64,000 bases of DNA, from the NCBI GenBank assembly GCA_965116905.1, contig OZ220732.1:1760001-1824000 (forward strand), written 5' to 3'. The DNA comes from Longimicrobiales bacterium (GTDB taxonomy: Bacteria > Gemmatimonadota > Gemmatimonadetes > Longimicrobiales > Gaopeijiaceae). Each line of letters starts with the position of its first letter. Position 1 is the stretch's first letter. Shown here in pieces: positions 61,719-64,000 of the stretch. The notes beneath the pieces are model-generated. The model was not told the origin of the DNA. It saw only the letters and a list, made by a program, of their open reading frames with translations, and searched no databases. The position numbers and the translations under genes are program-made.

Positions 61719-61943
61719 GTGGATGCCTCCTCCCTGTGATGGTCAGACCTCTCAAGGTCGCAATCGCTTCAGTACCATCCTTGGCACATTGCGATGCCGC
61801 CGGGAGGGGGCGTCCACTCCATCAGTTTAGCGCGTAAGCTGAACCATGAGCAGGACACCGCCGGGGGATAGGCTACATATGGGGGGGATAGGCTACGTAT
61901 TGGTGCCGTTTGCGGCGGACTGTGGGAAACGGTTTTCCTTGGA

Positions 61944-63344
61944 CTAGCGCCCGGCCCCCAACGCCTGCGCCAGAAAGGCCACCGCCCGGGGAATGGCTGC
62001 GCGGAGATCAAACACGTCGTGGCCGGCCCCCTCATAAATGTACGCCTCGAACTCGGGCGGGCCCCGCCCCAGGGCCTCCATCGCCGCCATGAGCGCCTCG
62101 GCCTGGGAGACCGAGACCGTCTGGTCGAAGGAACCGTGATGAAGCTGCACCGAGGGCAGGTCCAGCGCGAAGAGGGTGGAGGAGCGCCGCACCAGCTCCA
62201 GTCGCATGTCCCCGCGGGAGTACTCGCCGCGTATGTGGGGCTGGATGAAGGTCGAGTCGAGGTGGGCGACCCCGGTAAGTTCACGCGGCGTGCGCAGGGC
62301 CGCCTCGCGCACGATCTCGCGCACCCAGTCGTCGAAGAAGTACGTCGGGCCGAAGAACGCGACGATCCGTGCGATCCGCGTGTCCCGCACCCCTGCCAGA
62401 AGGGCGACCCCCGCGCCCCGGCTGCCCCCGAAGACGTTGATCGAGTCGGCCTTCGCCTCGGGCGTGGTCTCGATGGCCACGTTCACCAGGGCCAGAAAGT
62501 CGTCCACGTCTTGGTCCCACGGGCTGGGTGGGCCCTCGGAGATCCACACGCTGTCGCCGTGAACGAGTGGCTCGGCCCGAAACGACGGGATCACGTACAC
62601 GAAGCTGTCGCGCAACTCGCCGAGCGCGAACGCCGCAATCTGCACGTCGCCGATCGACACGCCACCGTCTCCGCCGTGCAGGTAGGCCAGGACCGGCAGG
62701 CTTCCCTCGGGCGCGCCGTCGGGCACCAGGATGGCGCCGTAGTGGCGCACCCCGGCGACGCTGTGGGAGACGACGCGGAGATCGACTTCGGAGCCCGCCA
62801 GATCGAGCCGTTCGGCCAGCTCCACCCGCACCTCCGCCGCGGAGACGTCGCGTGCGGCCCAGTCGGCGCGCACGGCGTCGATCTCGGCGTCGGTCGGGGC
62901 CATGAAGAGGGTATCGAGTTCCGCCTCGAGGTCGAGAGCGACCGCCGTCACCGTGGTCGTGGCACTGGCCGCGGTGACCGTGATGGTGTGTTGCCCCGGA
63001 TCCGGCCCGAGGGTCCAGCTCGTGGCGGCCGTCCCGTCGCTGCCGGTGGTGGCCGAGGCGGGGTCGGCAGAACCCTGGCCCGCGGCGGGTGCAAACGTGA
63101 CCGCCTGGCCCGACATCGGCTGGCCCTGGGCGTCCAGAACGCGGACCACGATCGCGTCGGCGAGGGACAGCCCCTGCACGGTGCGCTGGTCGGCTCCCGA
63201 GAGGGTCTGGACGGTGGTGGGGGTGGGGGGTGCGGGTGGCTCGACGGGCGGTTCGACAGGTGGCCCGAGGGATTCGCTGCAGGCGGTGAGCGAAATGGCG
63301 GCCAGGAAAGCGACGAATGCGATGGGCCGAAGTCGTGGAGACAT
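61944..63344 (-). CDS. Lipoprotein with Ig-like (Big_1) domain and alpha/beta-hydrolase domain
   Basis: Lipobox LTAC; GQPMSGQAVTF...WTLG; HGG, GGSRG, HGSFD, GAGH. Confidence 0.82.
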   Translation of the reverse strand: MSPRLRPIAFVAFLAAISLTACSESLGPPVEPPVEPPAPPTPTTVQTLSGADQRTVQGLSLADAIVVRVLDAQGQPMSGQAVTFAPAAGQGSADPASATTGSDGTAATSWTLGPDPGQHTITVTAASATTTVTAVALDLEAELDTLFMAPTDAEIDAVRADWAARDVSAAEVRVELAERLDLAGSEVDLRVVSHSVAGVRHYGAILVPDGAPEGSLPVLAYLHGGDGGVSIGDVQIAAFALGELRDSFVYVIPSFRAEPLVHGDSVWISEGPPSPWDQDVDDFLALVNVAIETTPEAKADSINVFGGSRGAGVALLAGVRDTRIARIVAFFGPTYFFDDWVREIVREAALRTPRELTGVAHLDSTFIQPHIRGEYSRGDMRLELVRRSSTLFALDLPSVQLHHGSFDQTVSVSQAEALMAAMEALGRGPPEFEAYIYEGAGHDVFDLRAAIPRAVAFLAQALGAGR

Positions 63345-63391
63345 GCCGTGGAAGCTCACGAGGCCCGGCGGCGCGCGCAACAAGACACTAC

Positions 63392-63431
63392 TTTGACGGC
63401 CACCACGCCAGTTTGACGGCCACCACGCCAG
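63392..63431. repeat. Perfect 20-bp tandem duplication TTTGACGGCCACCACGCCAG
   Basis: Two adjacent identical copies in the divergent intergenic region. Confidence 0.85.
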
Positions 63432-63485
63432 GACACTCATGCCGGTGTCCTGGTTGCGTCTGAGCCTCCAGCCGCCTCGCGACCC

Positions 63486-64000
63486 ATGAACCCAGGCCAC
63501 GCCATTGCCCGCCGCTCTTTCCTCGCTTCGGCCGCCGGCATCGCGCTGGCGGGCGCCGGGGCCGCATGCCGGGAGTCCCGGACCGGCACGTCCGACCCCG
63601 GAGCCGACGCGCCCGATCCTCAAGCCGACCTTTTCGTCGTCAACATGCTCGGCGGGATCCGCAATCCGAACATCCCGAGGTCGGGAGGGCCGTCCGGAGC
63701 CCTTGAGGGCGAGCGGCGGACCTCTCTCGACGACCGGGCGCTTGCCGACGCCATCGCCTCCGGCACCGCCGCGGTCAATACCACAATCGGCTATGTCGCG
63801 GGTCCCCGGGAGCCCTTCGAAAGCTCCGTGGCCGACATTGCCCGCTGGAACACCATCATCCGGACGCATCCCGACGCCCTCCTGAAGGTCTGGGCGGCGA
63901 GCGACATCGAGAGGGCTGCGGACGAGGGCAAGGTCGGCATCATCCAGGGTTTCCAGAACGCCGCGATGATGGGGGACGACGCCCAGCGGGCCGGTGTCTT
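63486..64000 (+). CDS. Tat-exported membrane dipeptidase (M19)-like protein, truncated by window end
   Basis: Hand translation: MNPGHAIARRSFL (Tat motif)...GTAAVNTTIG...DIERAADEGKVGIIQGFQN. Confidence 0.75.
   Translation, partial: MNPGHAIARRSFLASAAGIALAGAGAACRESRTGTSDPGADAPDPQADLFVVNMLGGIRNPNIPRSGGPSGALEGERRTSLDDRALADAIASGTAAVNTTIGYVAGPREPFESSVADIARWNTIIRTHPDALLKVWAASDIERAADEGKVGIIQGFQNAAMMGDDAQRAGV

Larger units (their letters stand above)
53582..61829 (-). mobile_element. IS110-family (IS1111-type) insertion sequence, interrupted by an IME
   Basis: Subterminal IRs GTGGACGCCCC 53591-53601 / GGGGCGTCCAC 61807-61817; AGTTTA at both junctions (53582-53587, 61824-61829); ~1.42 kb once the insert is removed. 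Confidence 0.9.

Overview
High-GC bacterial chromosomal segment. The gene repertoire (ADOP/MacB-type permease, 6-bladed beta-propeller, LVIVD and VPS10/BNR proteins, many secreted peptidases) suggests Gemmatimonadota; this is inference only. From 1 to 52.7 kb it holds mostly housekeeping and catabolic genes: DNA-repair genes (ogt, alkA, Fpg/Nei, xth), fabV, nudC, ggt, ppk2, fbaB, asd, peptidases/amidohydrolases and a P450. It also holds a gap-free 8-gene run (22129-31403) joining an uncharacterised Mo-bisPGD oxidoreductase module and a SulP transporter to a cobalt nitrile hydratase. The key locus is 53.6-61.8 kb, a nested mobile element. An IS110-family (IS1111-type) element has intact subterminal inverted repeats, an AGTTTA junction repeat and a downstream non-coding region folding like a bridge/seekRNA, with segments matching its own target and donor junctions. 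Its transposase gene is split by a 6.8-kb integrative mobilizable element bounded by a 7-bp TGGCCCA direct repeat. The inner element carries a tyrosine integrase, a complete ColE1-like oriT-mbeC-mbeA(mbeB, mbeD nested) module and a secreted HExxH protease-like/lipoprotein cargo pair. Removing the insert restores an in-frame 340-aa transposase. No rRNA, tRNA or CRISPR array was seen. All family assignments come from motif recognition by eye, not from database searches.
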